Shown piece by piece: positions 25,822 through 34,291 of a stretch of DNA of 64,000 nt. Below the pieces are notes generated by a model. It made no database searches. It had not been told where the DNA came from and saw nothing but the letters and a program-made list of their open reading frames with translations. Source of the stretch: Actinomycetota bacterium (GTDB lineage: Bacteria > Actinomycetota > UBA4738 > HRBIN12). The first letter of the stretch is position 1; every line of letters starts with the position of its first letter. The position numbers were made by a program, and so were the translations under genes. The stretch is from contig JBBDHX010000010.1 in NCBI GenBank assembly GCA_040880745.1, positions 93,040 through 157,039 of the forward strand. The letters run 5' to 3'.

Positions 25822-27804
25822 CTAAGACCCGGGGGAGCCATCCCCCGCGAGGTACTCGATCCGGAGCCGAGGGATGTCGCCCGCGGGCTCGAACCCCAGG
25901 ATCTGCCCGTAGAAGGAGAGTTCGGCCTCGCGCGCTGCCACGATGGTCTCCGCCTTGCGGAACCCGTGCCCCTCGCCTTCGAACAACAGGTACGCGTGGG
26001 GCACGGAGCGCTCACGGAGTGCATCGACGATCAGGTCGGCCTGTGCGGGCGGGACGACCTCGTCATCGGCTCCCTGGAGCACGAGCATCGGCGTCGACAG
26101 TCGCTCCACGAAGTTGATCGGACTCCGCTCTCGATACAGCGCTTCGGCCTCGGGCCAGGAGCCCACCAACGTGTGCTCGTACCGTGATTCGAACTTGTGG
26201 GTATCGCCGCTCGCGAACGGCACCAGGTCCGCGATCCCGAAGTACGACGCGCCGGCGGCGAAGGCGCCGGTGAAGGTGAGTGCGCACATCACGACGTAGC
26301 CCCCGGCGCTCCCACCGCGGACGAGGAGCCGGTCGCCGTCGGCCTCACCTTGCTCGACCAGGTACAGCGCTGCGTTGACGCAATCCTGCAGATCAACGAC
26401 GCCCCACTGCCCATAGAGCCGTTGCCGGTACGCGCGTCCGTAGCCCGTGGAACCTCCGTAGTTCACGTCGACCACGGCGAACCCACGCGTCGTCCAGTAC
26501 TGCAGCGCGAGGTCGACGATGGGCGTCGTGTTGCCGGTTGGTCCCCCGTGCGCGGTCACGATCAGCGGCGGGGACTCCCCCGGCGGAGCCTCGAACCCCG
26601 GGTTCGCCGGCGGGTAGAACAGCGCGTGCGCCGTGAGACCGCCTTCGGTCGGGAACTCGATGGGCCGCGGCACCGAGATGAACGCCGGATCGATCGGCAC
26701 GGACACGCTCTGCTTGAGGACCTCGACCGACCGAGCGTCGAAGTCGAGCCACACGACCTGGTCCGGCACGGTCGCGGACCCCGCGATGAGCACGATCGTC
26801 GAGCCTTCGGTGACCAACGCCGGTCCCCACCGCAGCGCGTCGTGCGGCAGATCCAGGTCGAGCAGCTCGCCGTTGCCCGGATCGAGGATCGCGAAGCGTG
26901 TGCGCCCCTCGCGGTCATAGCAGCAGGCGATCCGGCCGTCGCCCAGGAAACCGAACGACCGCTCCCCGAAGACCCACTGCGGGTAGCCGAACTCGGCCTC
27001 GGCAGCATGCAGGACGATCCGCTCGCCGTCACGGATCCGTTCGAGGTTCCACCATCCGCTGCGGTCGCTCGCGAACACCAGGTCGCCCGAGGGGCTCCAC
27101 TCGGGCTGCCAGATGGACTCCTCGGCGGGTGCGCCGGCCACCAGCCGGACATCGAACAGCTGGCCGTCGGCCGCCAGGTTCGCGACGAACAGCTCCGTGC
27201 CGTCCCACGGCATCCACGGGAGGTCCCACGCCACGAAGGCGAGCTGGGTCCCGTCCGGGGAGATCCGCGGGTTCGCGTAGAAGTCCCGGCCACTCGCGAT
27301 CGAACGCGGCTCCGCCGAGCCGTCGATGGGAACGATGACCAGCTCGTTGACGACGGCCGCGGGACCCTCGCCGAGGTCGTGACGTTCGCGGACCCCTATC
27401 CATGAAACGCCGTCGGCGGTGATGCGGCCGTCGGCGAATCGCCACCGGCCCGGACCGACGTCCGGGGTGATCGCGACGGGCTCACCTCCGGGATCGATGC
27501 GGTACAGACGCTGGTCGGGGAACCCGCACACCACCACGGTGTCGTGATGCACGGCGTAGGCACCGCCTCCGTACTCGTGCACCATCGTCCGGACGTTGAA
27601 GCCCTCGGGGACCACATCACGAGGACCCGTCAGGGGGTCGCCTCGCACCAGGACCTGCCGGCCGCCCTCGGCAGGGCGCAGCTCGAGCCAGTACGCCACG
27701 CCGTCGGCGAGCCACGGCTCTCCGAGGCCGACGGATGTTTCGGTCAGCATCGCCGCGGAGATCGGCGAGTCCCACGTCCCCGAAGGCGCGACTGCTCGGG
27801 TCAT
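25822..27804 (-). CDS. S9-family serine peptidase (beta-propeller + alpha/beta hydrolase; acylaminoacyl/dipeptidyl peptidase-like)
   Basis: The ATG at 27804 forms an ATGA overlap with the upstream stop. The nucleophile motif is VRGGSAGGY. The C-terminal LVLQGADDEVVP and EGEGHGF supply the Asp and His. Confidence 0.88.
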   Translation of the reverse strand: MTRAVAPSGTWDSPISAAMLTETSVGLGEPWLADGVAYWLELRPAEGGRQVLVRGDPLTGPRDVVPEGFNVRTMVHEYGGGAYAVHHDTVVVCGFPDQRLYRIDPGGEPVAITPDVGPGRWRFADGRITADGVSWIGVRERHDLGEGPAAVVNELVIVPIDGSAEPRSIASGRDFYANPRISPDGTQLAFVAWDLPWMPWDGTELFVANLAADGQLFDVRLVAGAPAEESIWQPEWSPSGDLVFASDRSGWWNLERIRDGERIVLHAAEAEFGYPQWVFGERSFGFLGDGRIACCYDREGRTRFAILDPGNGELLDLDLPHDALRWGPALVTEGSTIVLIAGSATVPDQVVWLDFDARSVEVLKQSVSVPIDPAFISVPRPIEFPTEGGLTAHALFYPPANPGFEAPPGESPPLIVTAHGGPTGNTTPIVDLALQYWTTRGFAVVDVNYGGSTGYGRAYRQRLYGQWGVVDLQDCVNAALYLVEQGEADGDRLLVRGGSAGGYVVMCALTFTGAFAAGASYFGIADLVPFASGDTHKFESRYEHTLVGSWPEAEALYRERSPINFVERLSTPMLVLQGADDEVVPPAQADLIVDALRERSVPHAYLLFEGEGHGFRKAETIVAAREAELSFYGQILGFEPAGDIPRLRIEYLAGDGSPGS

Positions 27805-28664
27805 CTCGGCGGCCGCCCAACGATCACCCTCGTCACCTTGAGCTCGCCGCCCTTCGTGCTCACGACGTCGCGGAACCCACCGGCTCGCATCACCTTCTTC
27901 ACGTCGCGAGCGCGATCCGGGTCGGTTTCCATCAGGAGCCAGCCGTTCTTCCGCAACCACGCCGGAGACTCCTCGACCGTGCGGCGCACCAACCCCAGAC
28001 CGTCGTCGCTGTGGTCGGTCAACGTGTGCACCGGCTCCCACTCCTTGATCTCATCGGGCAGATCCTGCACCTCGTGCTTGGCGACGTAGGGGGGGTGCAC
28101 CGTGATGACGTCGACCTCGCGCAGGAGCTTGCGCGGGAGCGGATCGAAGAGGTCCCCCGCCGCGAACCGCGCGTTCACGCCGATCCGCTTCGCATTCTTC
28201 CGAGCCAGTGCGACCGCGTCCTCGGACAGATCGGCGCCCCAGACACGCGCCTTGGGAACCTCGTTCGCCACGGCCAAGGCCACCGGACCGGCCCCACACG
28301 CCAGATCGATCAGCACCGGGCGTTTCCGAGGCCGCAGCCGGCGGACGGCTTGCTCCGCCAGGAACTCCGAGGAGTCCCTCGGCACGAACACGCCGGGCAC
28401 CACCTTGAGATCCAGACCGCGGAACTCGGTGGAGCCCTTGATGTACGGGATGGGCTCACCGAGCACGCGGCGGCGCACGAGTTCCTCGAACCTCGCGGCG
28501 ACCTTCGGCTTCACGGACGCGGCCTTGCCGGGCCACTCTCCGCCGTGCACGTGGATCAGCAGATCCTCGGCCTCCATGCGTTCACGCCCCCGCTGCCAAT
28601 GGTCGATGGCCTCCGACGCCTTGAGGTCGGCGACGGCGCGGTCGAGGAGGGTACGGGCCTTCAC
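27801..28664 (-). CDS. PrmC/HemK-related N5-glutamine-type methyltransferase with HPPY in place of NPPY
   Basis: The start is probably the GTG at 28664 (VKARTLLDRA...). The SAM motif is LIDLACGAGPVA. The substrate motif reads ITVHPPYV. The gene is translationally coupled to the S9 peptidase. Confidence 0.8.
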   Translation of the reverse strand: MKARTLLDRAVADLKASEAIDHWQRGRERMEAEDLLIHVHGGEWPGKAASVKPKVAARFEELVRRRVLGEPIPYIKGSTEFRGLDLKVVPGVFVPRDSSEFLAEQAVRRLRPRKRPVLIDLACGAGPVALAVANEVPKARVWGADLSEDAVALARKNAKRIGVNARFAAGDLFDPLPRKLLREVDVITVHPPYVAKHEVQDLPDEIKEWEPVHTLTDHSDDGLGLVRRTVEESPAWLRKNGWLLMETDPDRARDVKKVMRAGGFRDVVSTKGGELKVTRVIVGRPPR

Positions 28665-28706
28665 GGTCGGCGTATGGTAGCGGCTCGCGCTCGTTAGACT
28701 CGCCGG

Positions 28707-29111
28707 GTGCCATCCAAGAGCGAAGCGAAGGACGGTGGCGGTGCAGCCCCGGCGAAGAAACCGCGTGCCTCGCGTGCGAAGAAGACGGCCGCACCACCGC
28801 AGATCCGGCTCACCGGCGACCGGCTGGTCGTACGGCATCCCGAGAACGGTGAGCGGAAGACGGCAGGAGGACTGCTGATCCCGGCAACGGCGATTCCGGC
28901 CCCTCGGCGGCTCGCATGGGGCGACGTGGCCCTCACCGGCCCCGACGTCCGCGTCGCGAAAGCGGGGGATCGCGTCCTGTACCTCCCCTCCTCGACGCTC
29001 GAGGTCGATCTGGACGGCGAGGAGTACGTCCTGCTCCGCGAACGCGACATCCAGGCCGTTTCCACCAGGACGGACGAGAAGACCGAGCGCGGCTCGGGCC
29101 AGTACCTCTGA
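28707..29111 (+). CDS. GroES/Cpn10-family protein with a Lys/Ala/Pro-rich N-terminal extension
   Basis: GTG start. Residues about 34-125 align by eye to GroES (DRLVVRH..ERKTAGGLLIPATA...GDRVLY...EEYVLLRERDIQAV). The first about 33 aa are basic and low-complexity (KKPRASRAKKTAAPP). Confidence 0.75.
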   Translation: MPSKSEAKDGGGAAPAKKPRASRAKKTAAPPQIRLTGDRLVVRHPENGERKTAGGLLIPATAIPAPRRLAWGDVALTGPDVRVAKAGDRVLYLPSSTLEVDLDGEEYVLLRERDIQAVSTRTDEKTERGSGQYL

Positions 29112-29123
29112 GCCCTCGGCTCG

Positions 29124-29528
29124 TCAGGATCCCAGCAGACTGAAGCGGACGGTCCGCTCGTCGTTCTCGCGGTTCGGATCAACGAGCACGACCGACTGCC
29201 ACACCCCGAGGGCGAGCTCCCCGCCGAGCACGGGGACGGTGATCGACGGCGACACGAACACGGGCACCAGATGATCACCGCCATGACCGATGCTCCCGTG
29301 GCGGTGGTCGTAGCGATCGTCGCGTGGGAACACACGCTCCAAGATCTCATCGAGATCATGCTCGCTCCCGCTGCCCGTCTCCATCAGGGCGACCCCTGCC
29401 GTGGCGTGTGGCACGAAGACATGCAAGAGGCCGTCCCCGCCCGACCCTCGTGCGAACGCTCGCGCCTCGGCGGTGATGTCGGTGACGCGGCGCCCGCCGG
29501 TGTCGACCCTGACGGTGTGCGAGCGCAT
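29124..29528 (-). CDS. YjbQ/UPF0047-family protein (secondary thiamine-phosphate synthase family)
   Basis: I start at the ATG at 29528. Family blocks seen: GLLHVFVPHATAGVALMETGSGSEHDL ... YDHRHGSIGHGGDHLVP ... LALGVWQSVVLVD. Confidence 0.85.
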   Translation of the reverse strand: MRSHTVRVDTGGRRVTDITAEARAFARGSGGDGLLHVFVPHATAGVALMETGSGSEHDLDEILERVFPRDDRYDHRHGSIGHGGDHLVPVFVSPSITVPVLGGELALGVWQSVVLVDPNRENDERTVRFSLLGS

Positions 29529-29547
29529 CAGCGAACCGCTCGGCGCA

Positions 29548-30132
29548 TCATCCGTCGCTCTCGTGCAGATGGTCCCACGGCACATAGCCCGGGTCGGCCG
29601 CGGCGTCGGGCTGGGGCGAGATGAACGCCAGCACGCCGCCGATGGCCATCATGCAGGCGCCGGCAACGCACAGAGCGGTGCTCGGGCCGCCGCTCACACG
29701 GATCACGTCGGTCAGCGGGACGTCGCCGAAGGCGTAGGCGCCCACGACGGTGTCGGCATCGCTCGCGATCAAGGCCGCGAGCGCTACGGGGTCCACCCGT
29801 GTCACCGCAGCGACGACCGCGACCAGACCCCCGATCGCGGCCACCGAGCCCACGACAGCGGCGTGCCGCCGCCACAGCGAGATCACGCCGAGCACGATCC
29901 CCACCGAGACGAAGGTGAGCATCCACGCCGCGGGCGCCGCCCCCTCGACCCAGGTGTACGAGGCATCGATCAGGTCCGCCACATCGCGCGCGCCCTCCGG
30001 GTCCACGGCGACGGCTGCTCGTAACGCCACGGGATCGACCGAACTCGTTGCCCACTCGGACAGGGCACCGACCCACACCACGACGGCCCCGACGATAACC
30101 GCCCACGGGCCGAGGAGGTGCCGGATCCGCAT
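29548..30132 (-). CDS. Hypothetical membrane protein (about 5 hydrophobic segments)
   Basis: The ATG at 30132 is preceded by GGTAGGAG, which contains the C45 gene stop. The product starts MRIRHLLGPWAVIVGAVVVWVGAL. Confidence 0.6.
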   Translation of the reverse strand: MRIRHLLGPWAVIVGAVVVWVGALSEWATSSVDPVALRAAVAVDPEGARDVADLIDASYTWVEGAAPAAWMLTFVSVGIVLGVISLWRRHAAVVGSVAAIGGLVAVVAAVTRVDPVALAALIASDADTVVGAYAFGDVPLTDVIRVSGGPSTALCVAGACMMAIGGVLAFISPQPDAAADPGYVPWDHLHESDG

Positions 30133-30137
30133 CGCTC

Positions 30138-31157
30138 CTACCCCGGAGCCGTCCATGCCGAGCGTCCGAACGCGGGCTCGGCGAGCACCTCGGTGTGCTC
30201 CTGCTCCTCGAAGCCATCGAAGCCAAGCTCCATCGTGTGGGCCGGCCATCTGATCTCGGCCGTGCCCTCGGCCGGCCGATACACCGCGGTGTAGAGGGTC
30301 CCGAACCCGTTCGCGTAGGACGTGGAGAACAGCGGTGCTCGCAGGAACGCGTCGGCGAACGAGCCCGCGTCCACATCGGACCCTTCCAACAGTCCGATGA
30401 TCGCACGTTCGCGTTCGATCGTGCGGGTCGCCTTCGCCTGCTCGGGCCATTCGACGATCCCCTGGTGGTTGGTGGCGGCCGGGAACGAGCGGAAGATCGG
30501 CTCGCGGTCCGGAGAGAGGTACGCCGTCAACACCTCGCCCGAACCGTCCACGAGGGTGAGGTTGTGGCTGAGCGCATACGGGAGGCGCACGAGCACGGCA
30601 CGCGCGTGCGCGACGGTCGAGCACGTCTCCAACAGGTACCGCAGCACGATCGGGATCCCGAAGCCGTCACCGAGCACCCGCCGCCCGCCGAACGTCAACG
30701 ACACCGCGAGCCCGTCGTCGTTCATCCCGTCGAGCAGGCCCCACAGGCAGTCGCTCATCCCGATCACTCGCTTGTCGAGAAGCCGGGTGTGCCACGCGAT
30801 CCCCTCGAACCGCGACGGCGCGTAGTCGTAGTTGCGCGCGAGCACCGGTCCTCCTTCGCGGGTCCACACACCCTGCGAGCACGCCGCCAGGTAGGGAGGC
30901 GGCTTGTAGAGCGAGAGCATGCGCGCGGCAAGATCGCCGCCGCCCGCGAGTTCGACCAGTCGCTCGTAGGCGGGTATCAGCTCCGGCATGTGTGCCCGCA
31001 GCATCCGCACGCTCGTGGCGTAGGACGGGCGGGCGGCTTCACCCTCGCGCAGGAACCAGGCGCGATAGTGCGGCCACTTCTCCTCGAACACGGCCTGCCA
31101 CTTCGCGGCGGGCTCCAACTCCTGGAAGGCACGGAAGGTGAACGGGAGCATCTGCAT
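30138..31157 (-). CDS. C45-family (acyl-CoA:6-APA acyltransferase-like) Cys-Ntn hydrolase/acyltransferase
   Basis: A 339-aa soluble protein. The candidate nucleophile context is PPYLAACSQGVW, followed by ARNYDY and GMNDDGLAVSL blocks, as in the C45/choloylglycine-hydrolase-like folds I remember. The assignment needs an HMM check. Confidence 0.65.
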   Translation of the reverse strand: MQMLPFTFRAFQELEPAAKWQAVFEEKWPHYRAWFLREGEAARPSYATSVRMLRAHMPELIPAYERLVELAGGGDLAARMLSLYKPPPYLAACSQGVWTREGGPVLARNYDYAPSRFEGIAWHTRLLDKRVIGMSDCLWGLLDGMNDDGLAVSLTFGGRRVLGDGFGIPIVLRYLLETCSTVAHARAVLVRLPYALSHNLTLVDGSGEVLTAYLSPDREPIFRSFPAATNHQGIVEWPEQAKATRTIERERAIIGLLEGSDVDAGSFADAFLRAPLFSTSYANGFGTLYTAVYRPAEGTAEIRWPAHTMELGFDGFEEQEHTEVLAEPAFGRSAWTAPG

Positions 31158-31204
31158 GACCGGCAGGATCTTCTCAGAGGTTCCTCGGAGCAGCCATCAT
31201 CTAC

Positions 31205-32797
31205 TCACAGCATCTTGAAGCCGAAGGGCTCGGGCTTGGCGATCGGGGGCGCCTCTTCGCCGGGTGGAACGCTCGTGAATCCGCCCTTGATCCCGGTGAT
31301 CCAATCGCGAGCGCGGTCGAGCAACTCGTGCTCGTCGTTCATGAACCGGCCACGCGTCACCATGATCCCGAGATCCGCGCCGGGGTAGCGGTACTGCCCC
31401 ACACCGGCGATCCGTAGGTAGAAGGCTTCGGACTCGTCGGCCACCGTGTGCCAGTCGGTATCGCGACGCGCATACGCCAACCGTGCGTGCGGCTGCAGCC
31501 GCCAGATCCCCGAGGACGGGGCCGCGGTGATCAACTCCGTCACGTCCTCGGTCTGCTTCAGGATGAACTGCGTCCACTCATCCAGGTTCTGGCTCTGAGC
31601 CCACCGCTCGTTGAGTTCCTCGACGTCGATCTCGTAGTCGACATCCATGAACTCGAGAAGGTGGAACAAGAACAAGGGCATGTCCCCGTACGCGACGGCG
31701 GTCACGTTCGTGATCGATGACGCCCCGGTGACGCGAGGGTTCAACTCCCCGAGCCACATCTCGCCCGTATCGGCGTCCAGCAGGTAGTCCAGTTCGAAGT
31801 AGCCGCGGTAGCCCTCCTGCCGCAGCCGCTCGCCCATCGCGATGGTTCGCTCGCGGGCGACCGAGCGCTGCTTCTCCGTCAACGACTCGGGCGAGACGTC
31901 GTTGCCACACCACCCGCCGTCGTAGGGGGTCAGTTCGGGGAAACCCGTGAGCTCGGCCATCAACGGTCCCACGAGCGTGCCGTGGCGTGTGATGACCCCT
32001 TCGATCGCGAGTTCGCGCGGCTCGATCCGCTTCATCACCTTGATGTCCTGCCCCACGATCTTCTTCGCGTCTTCCTTCCAATCGCCTTCGTTCGCGATGA
32101 AGAACGTGGTCTGGCCCGAATCTCCGTACGGGGTCTGGACGACGAGGTCGTCCCCCAAGCCGGCGTCGCGGGCCAACTTCAGCAGCCCCGCGTAGTCGGT
32201 GCCTTCGCCCATCGTGTTGGGCACGCTCGGGACGCCGGCTTCGTTCCCCAGGCGTGTCGTTTCGATCTTCGAGTCCATCCGGTGACGGAGCGCAGCCGGG
32301 GGGAACGCGACGTCGAGACCCAGGTCGGCGGCCAGTTCCTCGGTCTCCTCGTCGAACATCAAGAACGTGGCCTTGCCACCGCCTCTGCCCCGGACGAGGT
32401 CGCCGATCTCCTTGTGCCCCAACAGATAGTTCACGATCTCTTCGATGGACTCGAAGGCGCGGGGCGTCTGCTCTTTCGGGACGATCACGTTCGGATGCCA
32501 CCCGTCGAACGAGTCGTAGTAGTTGACGAAACGGAAGTTGCGCACCCACCGGTCGATCCCGAGCAGGTTGAACGCGGTCGCGCTGACGAAGTAGACGGGC
32601 GTCTCGTTCGTGCGGAAGAAGTGCCGGATCTCGGCGATCCCTCGGAGCCGCTGATCGGCTGCGACGAGCGGCACCGGCGGCGGAGCTGCTTCGTGCGCCG
32701 GTGTGGGTGCGGGCACGCGGCGGGTCTCGGTTCGCACGAACAGCCGCGCCAGCGCGGCGAGAGCGATCGTCCCGACGACCGCCCAGATCCAGGTCAT
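31205..32797 (-). CDS. ATP-grasp ligase-family protein with an N-terminal transmembrane helix
   Basis: The ATG at 32797 forms an ATGA overlap with the M20 stop. The helix is MTWIWAVVGTIALAALARLF. ATP-grasp blocks seen: LVVQTPYGDSGQTTFFI, IEPRELAIEG and GYFELDYLLDADTGEMWLGELNPRVTGA. Confidence 0.8.
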   Translation of the reverse strand: MTWIWAVVGTIALAALARLFVRTETRRVPAPTPAHEAAPPPVPLVAADQRLRGIAEIRHFFRTNETPVYFVSATAFNLLGIDRWVRNFRFVNYYDSFDGWHPNVIVPKEQTPRAFESIEEIVNYLLGHKEIGDLVRGRGGGKATFLMFDEETEELAADLGLDVAFPPAALRHRMDSKIETTRLGNEAGVPSVPNTMGEGTDYAGLLKLARDAGLGDDLVVQTPYGDSGQTTFFIANEGDWKEDAKKIVGQDIKVMKRIEPRELAIEGVITRHGTLVGPLMAELTGFPELTPYDGGWCGNDVSPESLTEKQRSVARERTIAMGERLRQEGYRGYFELDYLLDADTGEMWLGELNPRVTGASSITNVTAVAYGDMPLFLFHLLEFMDVDYEIDVEELNERWAQSQNLDEWTQFILKQTEDVTELITAAPSSGIWRLQPHARLAYARRDTDWHTVADESEAFYLRIAGVGQYRYPGADLGIMVTRGRFMNDEHELLDRARDWITGIKGGFTSVPPGEEAPPIAKPEPFGFKML

Positions 32798-34242
32798 GAC
32801 AGACCGCACCAGTCGCGGATGAACACCCCCAACACCTGCGCGGTCTGCACCACGCTCGGAAGGTACACCCGCTCCCCGACCCCGTGCGCTTGCTCCGCGT
32901 AGGGCCCGAAACAGACCGCCGGTATCTGCGCCGCCTCGCCGAACACCCGAGCGTCGGTCGTCCCCGTTGTGGCGACGAGCACCGGCTGCGCCCCGTGACG
33001 GCGGGCGTACGCCCCAGCCAGCGTCGTCACGAGGGGATGATCCTGTGCGAGTTCGTAACCGGATGCGCGGAAGCCCCTGTAGATAACTTCGGGCGGATAC
33101 GCGAACAGGGAGGGGTCTTCAGAGGCCGCCTCCGCGACCACGATCTCGATCCGATCCTGCAGATCACGAACGGCCATCCCGGGGTACAGCGCGATCCGGT
33201 AGCCGACCGTGCACTCCCCGGGAACGGTCGAGGGCCAGTCACCGCCATGGATCGTGCCCACGTTGAGCCCGATGGGGTGCGCGTACGCGTCGTACGGCGC
33301 GGGCGGAGCGGCCTCGAGTTCGGCCTCCAAGACCCGCAGCGCCTTGATGATCTTCAGGCTGTGCTCGATAGCGTTCACGGCTTGGCCGCTGGCCGCCGCG
33401 TGGCCGGGCAAACCACGGAGCCGGACGTGGAACCACAGGACCCCGACCTGCGAGGTGGTGATGGCGCCGCCGAAGGGCTCGGTGATGATGGCCGCGTCCG
33501 CCGTGTACCCGGCCAAGATCGTCTGCAGCGTGCCGTTGCCGGTGCACTCCTCCTCCACGACCGACTCGACGTGGATCGGCGCGTGCGGCTCCAGCCCGAG
33601 CCGTCGCAGGCCCTTGACGGCTCCCAGGATGGCGGCCAGCCCACACTTCATATCCGCCGCGCCCCGGCCGTAGAGCCAGTCGTCCTCCACATGGGCGAGG
33701 AACGGGTCGCGGATCCACTGATCGCGCGGCTCGGGCGAGACCACGTCCACGTGTCCGTTGAGGATCAGCGAGCGGCCGTGGTCGGTCGCACCGGCGTGCC
33801 ACGTCGCGACCACGTTCTGCTTGCCGTCGACGTCCCAGTCGAACGGCGAATGCACGGGGTGGGCGCGCAAGGCCTCGGCGTCCATGGCGACATCCACGGG
33901 CTCGAGGCCGATCTCGCGGAGGGCCTCGCGCACCACCGCCTGCCCCGTCGCCTCGTTCCCGAGGGTGGTCGGTTGATCGACCAGACGGGCCAGGAACCCC
34001 GCCATCCATCCGGACTCCTCGGCGATCGCAGCGGCGATGTCACGGTCCTGGGGGGCCATCTCGCCGGCCGCCTCGGCGTGGGTGACTGCCAGGGCGAGTC
34101 CGTCGTAGGCGCTCGCCGGTGGGGCGGCCACGTCGGAGAGCAGGCGGCTCCCGCCGTAGCCGGCCGGGGCGACCTCGTCGGCGGGGTGCATGGGCCGGAA
34201 GGGTACACGGGGCCTTCTTCGGACGGATCCGGGGGTTGTCAT
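32794..34242 (-). CDS. M20-family metallopeptidase (ArgE/DapE/CPG2/ACY1-like deacylase)
   Basis: Motifs seen: LNGHVDVV, WLYGRGAADMKCGLAA and VVEEECTGNG. The start is uncertain (ATG at 34242 or ATG at 34191). Confidence 0.88.
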   Translation of the reverse strand: MTTPGSVRRRPRVPFRPMHPADEVAPAGYGGSRLLSDVAAPPASAYDGLALAVTHAEAAGEMAPQDRDIAAAIAEESGWMAGFLARLVDQPTTLGNEATGQAVVREALREIGLEPVDVAMDAEALRAHPVHSPFDWDVDGKQNVVATWHAGATDHGRSLILNGHVDVVSPEPRDQWIRDPFLAHVEDDWLYGRGAADMKCGLAAILGAVKGLRRLGLEPHAPIHVESVVEEECTGNGTLQTILAGYTADAAIITEPFGGAITTSQVGVLWFHVRLRGLPGHAAASGQAVNAIEHSLKIIKALRVLEAELEAAPPAPYDAYAHPIGLNVGTIHGGDWPSTVPGECTVGYRIALYPGMAVRDLQDRIEIVVAEAASEDPSLFAYPPEVIYRGFRASGYELAQDHPLVTTLAGAYARRHGAQPVLVATTGTTDARVFGEAAQIPAVCFGPYAEQAHGVGERVYLPSVVQTAQVLGVFIRDWCGLS

Positions 34243-34252
34243 GCGCGTGAGA

Positions 34253-34270
34253 GTAGGTAATCTTACTTAC
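34253..34270. promoter_or_regulatory. AT-rich near-palindrome GTAGGTAA-TC-TTACTTAC in the M20 / RHH-like divergent intergenic region
   Basis: 7 of 8 positions are symmetric. It is locally the most AT-rich stretch in this part of a very GC-rich window. It lies 11 nt from the 34242 start and 22 nt from the 34292 start. Confidence 0.35.
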
Positions 34271-34291
34271 ATGACTACAGGAGAGAACGAG

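Noticed and set aside
28665-28706. A CIRCE-like half-site (GTTAGACTC) upstream of the GroES-like gene.
   Set aside because: Only one imperfect arm is present, and there is no GAGTGCTAA partner at the N9 spacing. Contrast this with the complete element at 40615-40640.
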